64,000 nucleotides of DNA from Octopus vulgaris (GCA_951406725.2 OX597835.1:10478001-10542000); one strand, 5' to 3'; shown: positions 38,089-51,442, numbered from the stretch's first letter. A program made the numbers and translations. Notes: generated by a model not told the origin, from the sequence alone.

Positions 38089-39034
38089 GCCTAGACCTAG
38101 TCCTCTGCAAAAAGGTGAAGCTGTTGGAGCAGGGAGTGTCCATGTTTTGCAGTTTTCTGTAGAAACCGGATGCATAGGGAAAAAGAAGAAATAATTTCCA
38201 GAAATGATGCAACATAGCAGTTCTTTTGCAAAAAAAAGAAAAAAAACCCAGCTGTTCCTTGAAACAGCTTTCTTGGATGTAACTCTGCAAAAATGCAAAA
38301 AGGTGATGTTTCGCAGTATTTCATAGATCTGTCACAAGTTAAATAAAAAATTTTAACCAAAAATAGTTTTAAACCATTGTTGAGTCATCTGTACTGTTCA
38401 TGTGAAATTTGGACAAATTCGGTCAAAAATGAGGGATTTAAGGACAAAAAACCAGTTTTCTACTCAGTTTTTCGCAATTGTTGGTCATACGCTGATGAAT
38501 TCTGTGCAAATTGGAGTCTCTTAATGTTATCCTGAGTAAATAGCGTGTAAAGTTTGAATGCAAACCACTGAAGCAGTGAGAAGTTTTTGAAAATTTAAAG
38601 GGGAAGAAAGTGTATAAAATCGATTTTTTTTCTCAGTTTTTTTGTGGTTTTTTTGTCACACGTGGATGCCATTGGACATAAAACATATACTTGATAGAAC
38701 TGCTATAACATGGTGGTTTTTTAACTGTAAAACCAAGGAAATCAGACTTTCCAGTAAACATTTTCTACAGTGTAACTTTGCAAAAATGCAAACCATTGAT
38801 TTTTTTCAAAGCTTTTTTGCAATTTTCTTGGGAATCAGAGGCTTCAAGTCAGTGCCAAGATATTTGTCTGAAATGTTGCAACTTGATGGTCCTTTTGACA
38901 CCAAAATTATCAAAATCAGATGTTCCTATAAAACCTATTCTTGCGTGCAACTTTTGCCTTTTTTTACAAAAAGTGGAGTGGTGGGGTCCCATCAGTTTCA
39001 TCGATTTTTCTCCTAGAAGGGGGTATCTCTAGGC
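38089..39034. mobile_element. Possible old non-autonomous DNA transposon
   Basis: Weak terminal inverted similarity (CCTAGA...CCTCT...AAAAA..GTGAAGCTGTTGG versus the reverse complement of the right end); A/T-tract-rich non-coding interior. Confidence 0.35.
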
Positions 39035-39193
39035 ATTGGTAATGCAGCAGTGACCTGCCTGGGTAAACTTGCCATTTAATAAAATAAATTTCATCAAAAT
39101 TGGATGAAAAATGTATGCATAAGAAGCATACACACACACACACACATGTGAAACTCTGAGTAACAGCTTTTGTTATATTCCTGCTGCTTTTAA

Positions 39194-39245
<52 letters not shown>

Positions 39246-39284
39246 TGGGAACTGAGTAAAAATTGGATGAAATAAATATATCAA

Positions 39285-39585
39285 TTAAAATTGTATAAAT
39301 TGATCTAGATCAATACTAATATATTTATCCAGATCAATATTGGTAAATTGATCTAGTCTTTATTGATTGATTTAGACTATATTGGTAAACTGAGATCAGT
39401 ATTGCTAAATCGATATAGATCGTATTGGTAAATTGATCTAGATAAATATTAGCAAATTGATCTAGGTCAATATTGATGTATTGATCTAGGTCAATATTGG
39501 TATATTGATCTAGGTCAATATTGGTATATTGATTTAGGTCAATATTGGTAAATCAATCAAGATCATGTTGGTAAATTGATTCAAT
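39285..39585. repeat. Degenerate 24-bp minisatellite
   Basis: GATCTAGGTCAATATTGGTATATT repeated (39483, 39507, 39531) with decayed flanking units. Confidence 0.85.
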
Positions 39586-40159
39586 TAAAATTTTCCTAGA
39601 ATTTTAAAAATTAAGGGATAGGAAGGGGGTAAAATGTAAAATGTAATTCTGTCCAAAAATATATTTTTGTGTAAAAGGAGAGAATTAACTTCTAATGAGG
39701 GGGAATTACTGGATCATGCATTTAACGAGCCTGAGGCTAATAGCATGTTTTAAAATAGGTTACACCAGTGCAAAGAAATGCTGGAAGTTGATTGTATTGT
39801 TCTTGAGAGAAGGGGTTGGGTTTGCTTTTTTTAAAATTTGTTCTTTAAATAAATTCTAATGATAATGTTAAGGAGAACCGGCCATGGTAGAAGAACTCTA
39901 AAGTAATAAAGGCTTCACTGAACATTTAAATTGGTACCTTGAATTACTCAGGATGTGTGTTTGTGGATATTACACAGTAAGATATATGTGTATATAGAGG
40001 TACAAGCTATAGATGTGTGTAGGTGTACACACCTGGACACACGTACATGTGCAGTCATACCTGTTCATAGTGAATTTTGTTTCTACCCAGAAATGCCTGA
40101 AAATATATTCTCCTCCACTTATAACTTGTTAAGGAGCCTTTGTGGCCAATAAAGAACAG

Positions 40160-40171
40160 ATTATTATTATT

Positions 40172-40212
<41 letters not shown>

Positions 40213-40525
40213 TATTATCATCATCATTATTATCATCATTATCATCATTATTATTATCATCATCATTATCATTATCATTATTATCATCATCATTATTATT
40301 ATCATCATTATTATCATCATTATTATTATCATCATCATTATCATTATCATCATCATCATTATCATCATCATCATTATCATCATCATCATTATCATCATTA
40401 TCATCATCATCATCATCATCATCATCATTATTATCATCATCATCATCATTATTATCATCATTATCATCATCATCATTATTATTATCATCATTATCATCAT
40501 CATCATTATCATCATCATCATTATT

Positions 40526-40557
<32 letters not shown>

Positions 40558-40582
40558 TATCATTATCATTATTCATTATTAT
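40160..40582. repeat. (ATC/ATT)n compound microsatellite
   Basis: Direct reading. Confidence 0.97.
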
Positions 40583-41118
40583 TTGATGTCCATCTTCCAT
40601 GTGTGCATGGGTAGGATGGTTGACAGGAGATGGTCAGGTAGAAAAACTACCCCAGACTACTGTGTCTGTTTTGGCAGGGTTTTTATGGTTGGATGCCCTT
40701 CCTAGCACTAACCACTCTGCAGAATGGACTCTGTGCTTTTTATGTGACAATAGCACAGGTGAGGTTAGTTTTGGCATGATTTTTACAGCTGGATGCCTTT
40801 CCAAATACCAACCTCTTTACAGTGTGGACTGGATGCTTTTTTGCAGGACACCAGCACTGGCAGGGTCACCAAGCAACTCACAAGACAAAGAATTATGAAA
40901 GGGACAGGGGCATTTGAGGAGAGGAACTTGTGTCAGAAGATGAAAGGCTAGAGTATGACAGAGAGGCAGGGTGGTGTTATGGGTCAGTGACATCTTCCTG
41001 ATGTCAAATTACCTAGAAATGTGATAAAACCCATATAATCACAATATCGTGTGTGAAACAAATAATTTTTTACAGTGCAACGTTTCTTTTGTAGTACACA
41101 CATACATGTATATATATA

Positions 41119-41160
<42 letters not shown>

Positions 41161-41361
41161 CGAAAAAAACAAAAGACGATGACAGGTGGTGTAAACAACA
41201 AACAGATGTATTAGTATAACGCTCAGGAATAGAAAAAGTCTTTTACATTTCGAGCCTATGCTCTCCAACAGAAAGGAACACAAAGAAACAAGGAGAGAAA
41301 AAAAGGAGAGAAACAAGGAGAGAAAAAATGCGTGTAGTGGCTACCAATCTATCATGACGAA

Positions 41362-41415
<54 letters not shown>

Positions 41416-42448
41416 TACACACTCTCATATATCTATATGTATATACACACACACACACATATGTATGTATGTATGTATCTGTAGGTGTGTATCCGTGTGT
41501 CTGTGTTTGCCCCTCCCTTCCACCACTGTTTGACAATCAGTATTGGTGTGTGTTTACATCCCTCTAACTTCTGCAACTTAGCAGTTTGGCAAAAAAAGAT
41601 AGAAAAAAAACAAGTACTTTTGATCGGTCTTGTTTTTGTTCCGCTGGGTTTTTAGTAACTTCCCTCATCAGAATATTCTTGTGGTGGCAGTGGTGGTTGT
41701 TGACAGTAGTGGTGGCAGTGGCAGTGGTGGTGGTGGCTGTGGTGGTGGTTCCACCAGTTTAGTCACTACCTAACAGGTTGTATTGAATTAGATGTTCCCA
41801 ACTGCACTCAAAGTGACTTGACATGCACTTTATAAATATCTAATTACACCATTGTATTAATTAGTAAGTTACTCAACATAACTCGTTAAAGTGTACATGT
41901 TTATTCTTAGAACTGTGCATTAATTTGATGTTACTGTTATGTCTGCTAAAACAAACTTCTGCTTCCTTATTCTTGCATTTCTTCATAGAATATTCCAGAA
42001 ATGTAAGAGATTTGCAAAATATATTTTAGGTTATTTTTTTTCTCCCAGGCTTTTTTTTTTGCTTTCTTCAGCAAAAGAATATGAATTTTTTTTTTTTTTT
42101 AGTTTTTCTTGATAAGTCTAAACAGATATCACATTAATTGAATTATCTCCAAGAACACAGTTTGACCAAACTTCAAATTCTTTGATTTTCTGTTTAGAAT
42201 TCATTACATAAAAAAAAAAACTCTTGTATAATATGCTGAAGGTTCCAGAAAATCAAGATACAAATAAAACTAATTTGGAAATATTCCCACATTTTGATGT
42301 CACTCTTTGGAACTCCGAGAGTAGTGAAACTTCCACCCAAATGTAAAGAACAGTCTTAAACATATCTTGGAGAACTCATCCCACCAAGAAACAATTGTAT
42401 GGAGATTTCCTACCTGTTTCCTGTTTTGTAGGATATTGCTGTTTTGTA

Positions 42449-42485
<37 letters not shown>

Positions 42486-43385
42486 TGTGTGTGTATATAT
42501 ATTGAACTACAAAAGAAATGTCGCACTGTAAAAGATTATTTGTTTCACACACGATATTGAGATTATATGGATTTCATCACATTTTTAGGTAATTTGACAT
42601 CAGGAAGATGTCACTGACCCATAACACCACCCTGCCTCTCTGTCATACTCTAGCCTTTCATCTTCTGATATAAGATCCCCTCCTCAAATGCCCCTGTCCC
42701 TCTCATAATTCTTTGTCTTGTGAGTTGCTTGGTGACCCTGCCAGTGCTGGTGTCACGCAAAAAAAGCATCCAGTCCACATTGTAAAATCATGTCAAAACT
42801 AACCTCATCTGTGCTAGTGTCACGTAAAAAGCACAGAGTCCACTCTGCAGAGTGGTTGGTGCTAGGAAGGGCATCCAACAAGAGCTGGCAAGTGACCGCT
42901 GGCTATGAATGCCAAAGTATGGCCATACTCATGCAGGTCATTTGATTGCAACATATGCAAATCAAACTCACCAGACTGTGGCCAAACCCTCGAAGACTTC
43001 CTCAACTAATGCAGGACCGAGATGAATGGTAGGTATGGGTTAGAAATGTCCAAGCAAACTTGACCGGATGGTGATGAGGAATGTCACCATTTTTAAGAAT
43101 CATATGCTATTCCCATGTGCCATTGAGCTTTTGTGCATTTTGTAAACTGCCAAGAATTTGGATTGTTTCTAAATTTTTCTAATTGTTTAGGAACGGTGGA
43201 AGAGGCAATCCCCAGAAACCCTTTACAGAGGGTCCAAGACTAATGGGAAAGTGGGAGAAAGTGGGAGAAAGATATCCCCATAATGGCACCCAAGATACTC
43301 AAGGTGGCGGAGTTAAACTAGGAAATAGATGAAGTCTACTACTCCTCCCAAATTAATGTTACTTCATGTCAAAGTTCATTCATAT

Positions 43386-43790
43386 TTACTCTTTTACTTG
43401 TTTCAGTCATTTGACTGCGGCCATGCTGGAGCACTGCCTTTAATCAAGCAACTCGACCCTGGGACTTATTCTTTTGTAAGCCCAGTACTTATTCTATTGG
43501 TCTCTTTTGCCGAACCGCTAAGTAACGGGGACATAAACACACCAGCATCGGTTGTCAAGCAATGCTAGGGGGACAAACACAAACACACAAACACTCACAC
43601 GCATATATATATATACATATATACGATGGACTTCTTTCATTTTCCGTCTACCAAATCCACTCACAAGGCATTGGTTGGCCCAAGTCTATAGTAGAAGATA
43701 CTTGCCCAAGGTGCCACGCAGTGGGACTGAACCCGGAACCATGTGGTTGGTAAACAAGCTACTTACCACACAGCCACTCCTGCGCCTATA
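43386..43790 (-). mobile_element. ~400 bp tRNA/CORE-like SINE, 100 nt upstream of the first INPP5F exon seen
   Basis: Full-length reverse-complement copy. Confidence 0.85.
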
Positions 43791-43889
43791 ATTAAAGTAT
43801 TTAAATATTTATAGTTTCTGATTTAGTTTTTAAACTTTAGTGTCTGAATTTCCTTTTAAAATGGATCTATTTTTTTTTGTGTATTTCAG

Positions 43890-43967
43890 GTAATTTTTAC
43901 CCACCGGTGAATGCAGTGTGTATTGGGATTGTTCATGGTGTTGTCGGAAAAGTAAAAGCACACACAG
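43890..43967 (+). CDS. INPP5F: Internal coding exon (probably exon 2) of SAC2/INPP5F-type phosphoinositide phosphatase
   Basis: Polypyrimidine tract + tttcag acceptor, gtatgt donor; 78 nt, phase 1-1; only one open frame: (x)NFYPPVNAVCIGIVHGVVGKVKAHT, resembling the SAC2 N-terminus as I recall it (WNPICLGLVEGVIGKIQLHS). Confidence 0.88.
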
Positions 43968-44329
43968 GTATGTCCTATCTTTTTGTTTTTTTTAATCTTA
44001 ATTGTTTTTAATTGTTTGTGTTTTATAGTTTCACTTTTTTTTTTTAATAATTATGAGACACGTTAGCCCACTTTGCAGGGTGGTTGGTTTTAGGAAGGGC
44101 ATCCAGATGTAAAAACCATGCCAAAACAGACACAGAAGTCTGGTGCAATCTGCCCAGCCAGCTCCTGTCAAACTGTCCAACCCATGCCAGGATGGAAGGA
44201 GCACATTAAATGATGATGATGATGATGATGATTACCTTCAACTTTAACCTTTAACCTGTCCTCCTGTGTATCATTTATGATACATGTACCTTGGATTCCA
44301 AAGTATCAAAGTACCTTGGATTTCAGAAC

Positions 44330-44800
44330 AACCCGCTGTGCTTGAGGAGACCTATTGAGTCAAGTACATGAACATCGAAATAAATATCAACAGAAATAGT
44401 AGTTGTGATACCTGTGCCGGTGGCACATAAAAAGCACCATCCGAACGTGGCCGATGCCAGCGCCGCCCCGACTGGCTTCCGTGCCGGTGGCACATAAAAA
44501 GTACCATCCGAATGTGGCCGATGCCAGCGCCGCCTTCACTGGCTTCCGTGCCGGTGGCACATTAAAAGCACCAACCGATCGTGGCCGATGCCAGACTCCC
44601 TTGGCACCTGTGCCGGTGGCATGTAAAAGGCACCCACTACACTTGTGGATTGGTTGGCATTAGGAAGGGCATCCAGCTGTAGAAACACTGCCAGATCAGA
44701 CTGGAGCCTGGTGCAGCCCCTGGCTTCCCAGATCCCGGTCGAACCGTCCAACCCGTGCTAGCATGGAAAACGGACGTTAAACGATGATGATGATGATGAT
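44330..44800 (+). mobile_element. RTE LINE 3'-end fragment with three subrepeats
   Basis: Matches 49620-50227 including the GAAGACCTGTTGAG-like segment and subrepeats. Confidence 0.85.
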
Positions 44801-45564
44801 TCTCCTTCTTTTTCAACAACCAGAGTAGCTTGGGATTTATGAAAGGGAAGCTTTATATCACTGAAACATATGAAACAAGGGCCAACTAAACCCTTGAAAC
44901 GCAGCATGGACATTTAGGATAAACATGGAAATATTTTGAACAGGCAAAGGGTTTAAATAGATAGTGGTCTATTTTCTTCATGGTCATAAGTTCATATCTT
45001 ACCTCAAATATTTTGTTTCACCTGTAATCATGTGATGCAGCTTTGGGTTTACCTCAGTCTGTCTGACTATCTGAAAATAGGTTCCATTCTCTTTTGAGTG
45101 GGTTGTGGTTATCAGTGGTGAGTCAACATTAAGATTCAAAAAAGGAAAAACCTAATTAAAAAAAATGGAAACTGAATCCTTGCTGTGATGGAGAAATATA
45201 TTTCAATCTGCAAAAATTGCAAAATATGATTAATTTATTTCAGTTTTTCAAATTTTCAAAAATTTATATAAAATCTATTTAAAAAAAAAAAAAAAAAATA
45301 TCTGGTGTTGCCAAGAAGGAGAAATAGATTTAACCTAAAAAGAAGAGAAAAATTCATTTTGTTGCTAGATTTCTATTTTATTTTTGTATTTATGAAAATT
45401 CGCTAAATGTATTTATTTCAATTCCTTTTGGTACCAATTATTTTGTTTACCTTCTCTAAAAATTCGGAAATACTGATAAAAAAATCTATTCATTTTAGAA
45501 TTATTTTTTACAAGTTTCATTTTTCAATCTCTCTGTAACTCACTGTCTTTTATTTAATGGCTTG

Positions 45565-46196
45565 TGGAGGCGCAATGGCCCAGTGGTTAGGGCAGCGGAC
45601 TCACGGTCATAGGATCGCGGTTTCGATTCCCAGACCGGGCGTTGTGAGTGTTTATTGAGCGAAAACACCTAAAAGCTCCACGAGGCTCCGGCAGGGGATG
45701 GTGGTGATCCCAGCTGTACTCTTTCACCACAACTTTCTCTCACTCTAACTTCCTGTTTCTGTTGTACCTGTATTTCAAAGGGCCGGCCTTGTCACTCTCT
45801 GTGTCACGCTGAATATCCCCGAGAGCTACGTTAAGGGTACATGTGTCTGTGGAGTGCTCAGCCACTTACACGTTAATTGCACCGGGCGTTGTGAGTGTTT
45901 ATTGAGCGAAAACACCTAAAGCTCCACGAGGCTCCGGCAGGGGATGGTGGTGATCCCTGCTGTACTCTTTCACCACAACTTTCTCTCACTCTTACTTCCT
46001 GTTTCTGTTGTACCTTGTATTTCAAAGGGCCGGCCTTGTCACTCTCTGTGTCACACTGAGTATCCCCGAGAGCTACGTTAAGGGTACACGTGTCTGTGGA
46101 GTGCTCAGCCACTTACACGTTAATTTCACGAGCAGGCTGTTCCGTTGATTCGGATCAACCGGAACCCTCGTCGTCGTAACCGACGGAGTGCTTCCC
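45565..46196 (+). mobile_element. tRNA-derived SINE, full length with internal tandem duplication
   Basis: A box TGGCCCAGTGG, B box GGTTTCGATTCC; 13-bp target site duplication ATTTAATGGCTTG (45552-45564, 46197-46209); ~240 bp body repeated. Confidence 0.88.
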
Positions 46197-46586
46197 ATTT
46201 AATGGCTTGGTCTGTAGAAAATGTTTGTGTTTTTGGTACTGTTGCCAGTTTCCTGAGTCTGTTGCAGACCTTCTGAGACAGATGAGGTTGGACAAGCGTG
46301 TGTCAACAAGATTCATTTTGGTCCTTTTGTCATATTCTTCACAACAATTTCAGATCAATGACCTTAAAAATATGTCAGTCGATGACAAAAGTAGGACCCC
46401 ACCTCAGTAGGACCTGTCCACCTGATGTTCACACTGCTGTCAAACATGTCAACACAAGTATTTTAATAACTCATTCAGGTGTGACTCTTGTTATAACAAA
46501 GCTAGAGATTTTCTTGTACTTTTTTCTTTTCCAGTCTGTGTTTCTAATGTCCCTATACATTACTTTACAAGCAAATAAAAGAAAAC

Positions 46587-46617
<31 letters not shown>

Positions 46618-46620
<3 letters not shown>

Positions 46621-46742
46621 TAGTTTTATTTTTATGGCGTGCTTTCACTTCACTACCGAGCACAGCTCTGTGTGCCTTGGGTATGTGCTGTAGTTTGTTG
46701 TGGTGCTCTGATGGTTACTGTATTGAAAGTGTTCTGCGTATT
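46618..46742 (-). mobile_element. Probable R4/Dong-type LINE 3' end inserted in (TAA)n
   Basis: Minus strand reads ...RRTLSIQ-stop, a short UTR and (TAA)n; (TAA)n on both sides as known for Dong/R4 elements. Confidence 0.5.
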
Positions 46743-46743
46743 A

Positions 46744-46781
<38 letters not shown>

Positions 46782-47082
46782 GTTATTATTGTTGTTGTTA
46801 GTATTATTATTATTAATAGTAGTAGTAATAGTAGTAGTAGTACGACAGTGAACTGGGAGAATCGTTAGCATTCCAGATGAAACGCTTAGTGGCATTTTGA
46901 CAAAACATTCTGTGTTCAAATTCTGCTGAGGTCTCCTTTGCCTTTCATCCTGTCAGGGTCTGTAAAGTAAAGTACCAATTTAATACTGGGGACAATATAA
47001 TTGACTGCCCCCCCCCCGCCTCCACCAAAAACACTTGTGTCTATAATTGAAAGGATTATTATTATTATTATTATTATTATTG

Positions 47083-47635
47083 AGTGAGAGATCAGTGCAT
47101 GCCATCAAAGTGACACTGGGGTAAAATATACGAAGCCCAGTATACCCATCATGACCCCCGTCTGATAAGGGTACACCAGGCACATGCATCACAATCATAT
47201 GTGCACGACATAGTGATCCCATATCAAGATAAACAGTGCATGACCTTGCGGGTGGGACCCAGTTAGAGTTTTGTTCAGGTTGAATAGCCCATCCCACTCA
47301 AAAGGTCCCTGAATAAGGGTAGTTTAAGGGTGATGAACAAAACACCCATGTTTCCAAAGGTGAATTATCCAAACCCCAAATGATTCCTTTCAACACATGG
47401 CTATGATGCTCCACCACTACTTCTGCTCGTGATCAGAGATGCACATATCGTCAGCCACTAAGGGACATGCTCAACTGGTTAAGGTCAAACAACTGACAAG
47501 CAAATCTGTGGTATTGAGCAGAATATTTGCTGTAGCCCATCTTTTATACCAAGACAAAGCAATGTACATGATAACACTTCCAATCAGTTAAGATCAGAAG
47601 CCATGAGAGCCACTCCTGGTACTGCATTAGGACAT
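47083..47635. repeat. Interspersed repeat associated with (AAT)n; inverted partial copy at 31861-32470
   Basis: GAGTGAGAG...CCCAGTATACCCA and the CATCTTTT...GAGCAGAA segments recur in reverse complement at 31861-31928 and 32100-32460. Confidence 0.7.
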
Positions 47636-47783
47636 ATATTCTCAGAGTTCTTGGTCTTATTGCTTTGGCTGATTCTGCAAGAGCAGGCAGCAACCTGTTG
47701 CCAGAGGTCTCATAGGGTCTCTTTCTGCAAATTATAAGCTTTAGTATTTGGATGCTAACTTATTGTGTATTATTATTATTATT

Positions 47784-47818
<35 letters not shown>

Positions 47819-47850
47819 TATTGTTATTTTTTTTTTTCTTTGATAACCAG

Positions 47851-47987
47851 ATTCGGAATGGAAATTGATTTTGATCAAAAACCAAAGTCATGTCGGTCAT
47901 ATTCTTGAAACTCATGACATCTTCCAGATTAATAAAATTGCCATCCTCAGTTTATCTGGTTTGGAACCAACAGAACTCGGACTTTCA
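47851..47987 (+). CDS. INPP5F: Internal coding exon (probably exon 3) of SAC2/INPP5F
   Basis: T-rich tract + accag acceptor, gtaagt donor; 137 nt, phase 1-0, joins the previous exon in frame: DSEWKLILIKNQSHVGHILETHDIFQINKIAILSLSGLEPTELGLS, similar to recalled SAC2 DLPWWLILIRQKALVGKLPGDHEVCKVTKIAVLSLSEMEPQDLELE. Confidence 0.92.
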
Positions 47988-48689
47988 GTAAGTATGGTTA
48001 CCTTACTTCTTGTTATTGCCTTTGCTAATTGCATCAACTGCAAGAGATATATGGACGACAGAGTCGATAGCTTGTCAATCTGTCGACTCCTCTCTGATGA
48101 AGGTTTTAGACCAGAATGCTAGACTTCTGTTCCTCACAGCAAAGTAATTAATTCTTCTTCATAAATGTTGTTTGCACTTACTATTTGCCAACAAATACTA
48201 TTAGCTACCATACTATAGATGTAGAATAATATCCGAGAATACAAATCTTTACTTCCCTGTTCTAATCTTTTATAAAAATCCATAGGGAAGGGTTCTCTAT
48301 CTCCTCTGTGAATCAGATATGTTTTTACAGAAAGTTGGAATTTCACTTAATCCTGCATCAGAATATATCTGTTGTAGTTAGAAAGGGGCTTTAAAAGGGA
48401 TTTTCTTTAGCTCATTGTATATGTTATCCATACTGCTATCATACTCTACATCAGCTCCTTTGAAAAGCAGAATTTGTGACTAAGATGGCATCTAGCATCG
48501 TTTCTTTTGATACATTTGTGCAAAGATTGGTATATAGTGTGTTTAATTCCCTTTTAAATAATTAGAATTTGGGTTCTTATATTTTGAAGAAAATTGCAGC
48601 TAGCTGTAATCATGTTTTTATCAAAAAAATTTACTATACAAGAGGGGGGAAATACTTTCTTTTTAGGGTTAAGCAACATCTGGCATAGT

Positions 48690-49355
48690 TTAACTCTTTA
48701 GCATTTAAACTGACCATATCCAGTGAAAGCATTCTTCCTGCTTTATGTCCAAACTGGCCATACCTGGCCTCTCACGTCTACCCTACAATGTTAGTCTGAA
48801 AAATATATACTGTCACACAATTGAAATCTCAAAATTTACAAGATTATACTGGATAAATTCGAAACCATGTGGATAAATACATGTTAAATTTGATAGAATT
48901 TGATAGATAGAATAGGTGCAGGAGTGGCTGTATGGTAAGTAGCTTCTTTACCAACCACATGGTTCCGGGTTCAGTCCCACTGCGTGGCATCTTGGGCAAG
49001 TGTCTTCTGCTATAGCCCCAGGCCGACCAATGCCTTGTGAGTGGATTTGGTAGACGGAAACTGATAGAAGCCTGTCGTATATATGTATATATATATATGT
49101 ATGTGTGTGTATGTGTTTGCGTGTCTGTATTTGTGTGACTGTGTTTGTCTCCCTAGCATTGCTGGTGTGTTTACATCCCCGTCACTTAGCAGTTTGGCAA
49201 AAGAGACCGATAGAATAAGTACTGGGCTTACAAAGAATAAGTTCCGGGGTCGATTTGCTCGACTAAAGGCGATGCTCCAGCATGGCCGCAGTCAAATGGC
49301 TGAAACAAGTATAAAAGAAAGAAAGAAAAGAATAATCTGAATGGTAAAGGGTTAA
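48690..49355. mobile_element. TTAA-flanked MITE interrupted by a SINE
   Basis: TTAACTCTTTAGCATT ... AATGGTAAAGGGTTAA ends; SINE at about 48913-49330 with AGAATA on both sides. Confidence 0.65.
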
Positions 49356-49477
49356 AGTATAGGGTCTTTGAACCAAGTGGCATTCTTGCATCTTGGCTTG
49401 AAAGGTCTAATAGCTGGGGTTCTACGTACTTAATTCAATCACATAAACCACTTCTTCTTCATACTTTATTATAAAAT

Positions 49478-50227
49478 GAAGTACGACCTTCGAACTTTAG
49501 GTCTCACCGAGGAAATGACTAGAGACCGAGACCTTTGGAAGTATGGTGTGCTGTGCATGAGAAGACCCGGCAGGACAAGTGAGACCAGAACCCATGGCCT
49601 CAGTCCACTTATGCATACCTTTCCTTCTTGAGACACAAAACTCTACTTGTGAAGACCTGTTGAGGCAAGTGAAAATCAAAATCAAAATCGATCAGCATGA
49701 ATGGAAATTGTAGCTGTGATACCAGTGCCGGTGGCACATAAGAGAACCATCCGAACGTGGCCGTTGCCAGTGCTGCCCCGACTGGCTTCCGTGCCGGTGG
49801 CACGTAAAAAGCACCATCCGAACGTGGCCGTTGCCAGCGCCGCCCCGACTGGTCTCGTGCCGGTGGCACGTAAAAAGCACCATCCGAACGTGGCCATTGC
49901 CAGTGCTGCCCCGACTGGCTTCCATGCCGGTGGCACGTAAAAAGCACCATCCGAACGTGGCCGTTGCCAGCGCCGCCCCGACTGGCCTCGTGCCGGTGGC
50001 ACGTAAAAAGCACCATCCGATCGTGGCTGTTTGCCAGCCTCATCTGGCACGTAAAAAGCACCCACTACACTCATGGAGTGGTTGGCGTTAGGAAAGGCAT
50101 CCAGCCGTAGAAACATTGCCAGATCAGACTGGGCCTGGTGCAGCCTTCTGGCTTCCCAGACCCCAGTTGCACTGTCCAACCCATGCCAGCATGGAAAGCA
50201 GATGCTAAACGATGATGATGATGATGA
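49478..50227 (+). mobile_element. 5'-truncated RTE LINE copy with about five 66-bp subrepeats in the 3' UTR
   Basis: Starts YDLRTLGLTEEMTRDRDLWKY (matches HDLRALGLTEAMAKDRDLWRY of the large ORF), then tandem GTGCCGGTGGCACGTAAAAAGCACC units, shared 3' end and (GAT)n tail. Confidence 0.88.
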
Positions 50228-50369
50228 AGAGTAGCTTTATCAAATATGTCTTTGAATTGTTTGAAAACAAACTGGATATATGACTACTTATATTATTTAC
50301 AACGTTTAATTATGGTTAGAGCCTTTGTTGAAGTAAATGATGGTTTCCTCATTGTGTTTGTAATATCAA

Positions 50370-50414
<45 letters not shown>

Positions 50415-50689
50415 GAGTTGTGCTACCTGGATGCAAGTCAGGACTTGAACAACCCCAGCTTGGTGGTCTGAGTGAAAGTACCTGACTACTGAAAGAGCTC
50501 AAATCACTCAGTGACCTCAGGTATATTTCAAGATGGTAGAGGTGAATGTTAAAGAAATTAGCACCTGATATATTGAAAAAGAAAAAAAAGAAAACAGGTT
50601 AAAAAAGTTGAACATTCGTTGTTACTGTTGTTATTTTTTTGCTACTTTTAATATTAATATTAATTAATTAATTAATCTATTATTTACAG

Positions 50690-50812
50690 CCCTGTCCAAG
50701 ACATCATAGAGAACAAGGTTCGCAAATCTCTCTGCCACAAGCCACCAGTAAACCTTTGCAGAAAACATGGAACTCTGTTAAATCAGCAGTTGAAAATGTA
50801 AAACCCAAAAAG
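50690..50812 (+). CDS. INPP5F: Internal coding exon (probably exon 4) of SAC2/INPP5F
   Basis: tttacag acceptor, AAG/gtaagc donor; 123 nt, phase 0-0: PCPRHHREQGSQISLPQATSKPLQKTWNSVKSAVENVKPKK, colinear with recalled SAC2 LCKKHH...LLKTFTHIKSNVSAPNKKK. Confidence 0.88.
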
Positions 50813-51069
50813 GTAAGCATGATGTTTTCCTCTCTGCTACTCTATACATTGTGCTTACATATATATTTGTATATGTATATATATATGTCTTTATATAGTG
50901 CATAAAATACAGCAGGGCCACTTAAGTTTCATGTAGATGTAGACAGACTGTACTCCTGATTATAATTTTTGGCTACATCAGCAATTTAGCTGGTTAAAAA
51001 TCAAAGCAGTATGGCTACCAAGCAGGTGTGTGATTGATCAGTAAAAAACAAGAATGGGGTGGTGGAGTG

Positions 51070-51442
51070 CTAAGCACCGTCCGAGTGTGATCGTTGCCAG
51101 AGCGGCTAACTGGGTTCCGTGCCGGTGGCATAAAGGAGGTACTATTCGAGTGGTATTGTTACCAGCATCGCCTTACTGGCACCTGTGCCGTTGGCATGTG
51201 TAAAAAAAATTTGAGCGAGGTTGTTGCCAGTACCACCTGACTGACCCCTGTGCCAGTGGCGCGTAAAAAGCACCCACTACACCCTCGGAGTGGTTGGCAT
51301 TAGGAAGAGCATCCGGCTGTAGAAACTCTGCCAGATCAAGACTGGAGCCTGGTGCAGCCATTTGGTTCGCCAGCCCACAGTCAAACCGTCCAACCCATGC
51401 TAGCATGGAAAGTGGACGTTAAATGCCGATGATGATGATGAG
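51070..51442 (+). mobile_element. RTE LINE 3'-end fragment
   Basis: Diverged subrepeats, shared 3' end, (GAT)n. Confidence 0.8.

Noticed and set aside
48090-48125. CTGATGAAGGTTTTAGACCAGAATG hammerhead-like motif after an INPP5F exon (similar weak cases at 13615, 14845, 57478)
   Set aside because: GAAA core or stems broken; cannot be told from decayed repeats or chance.
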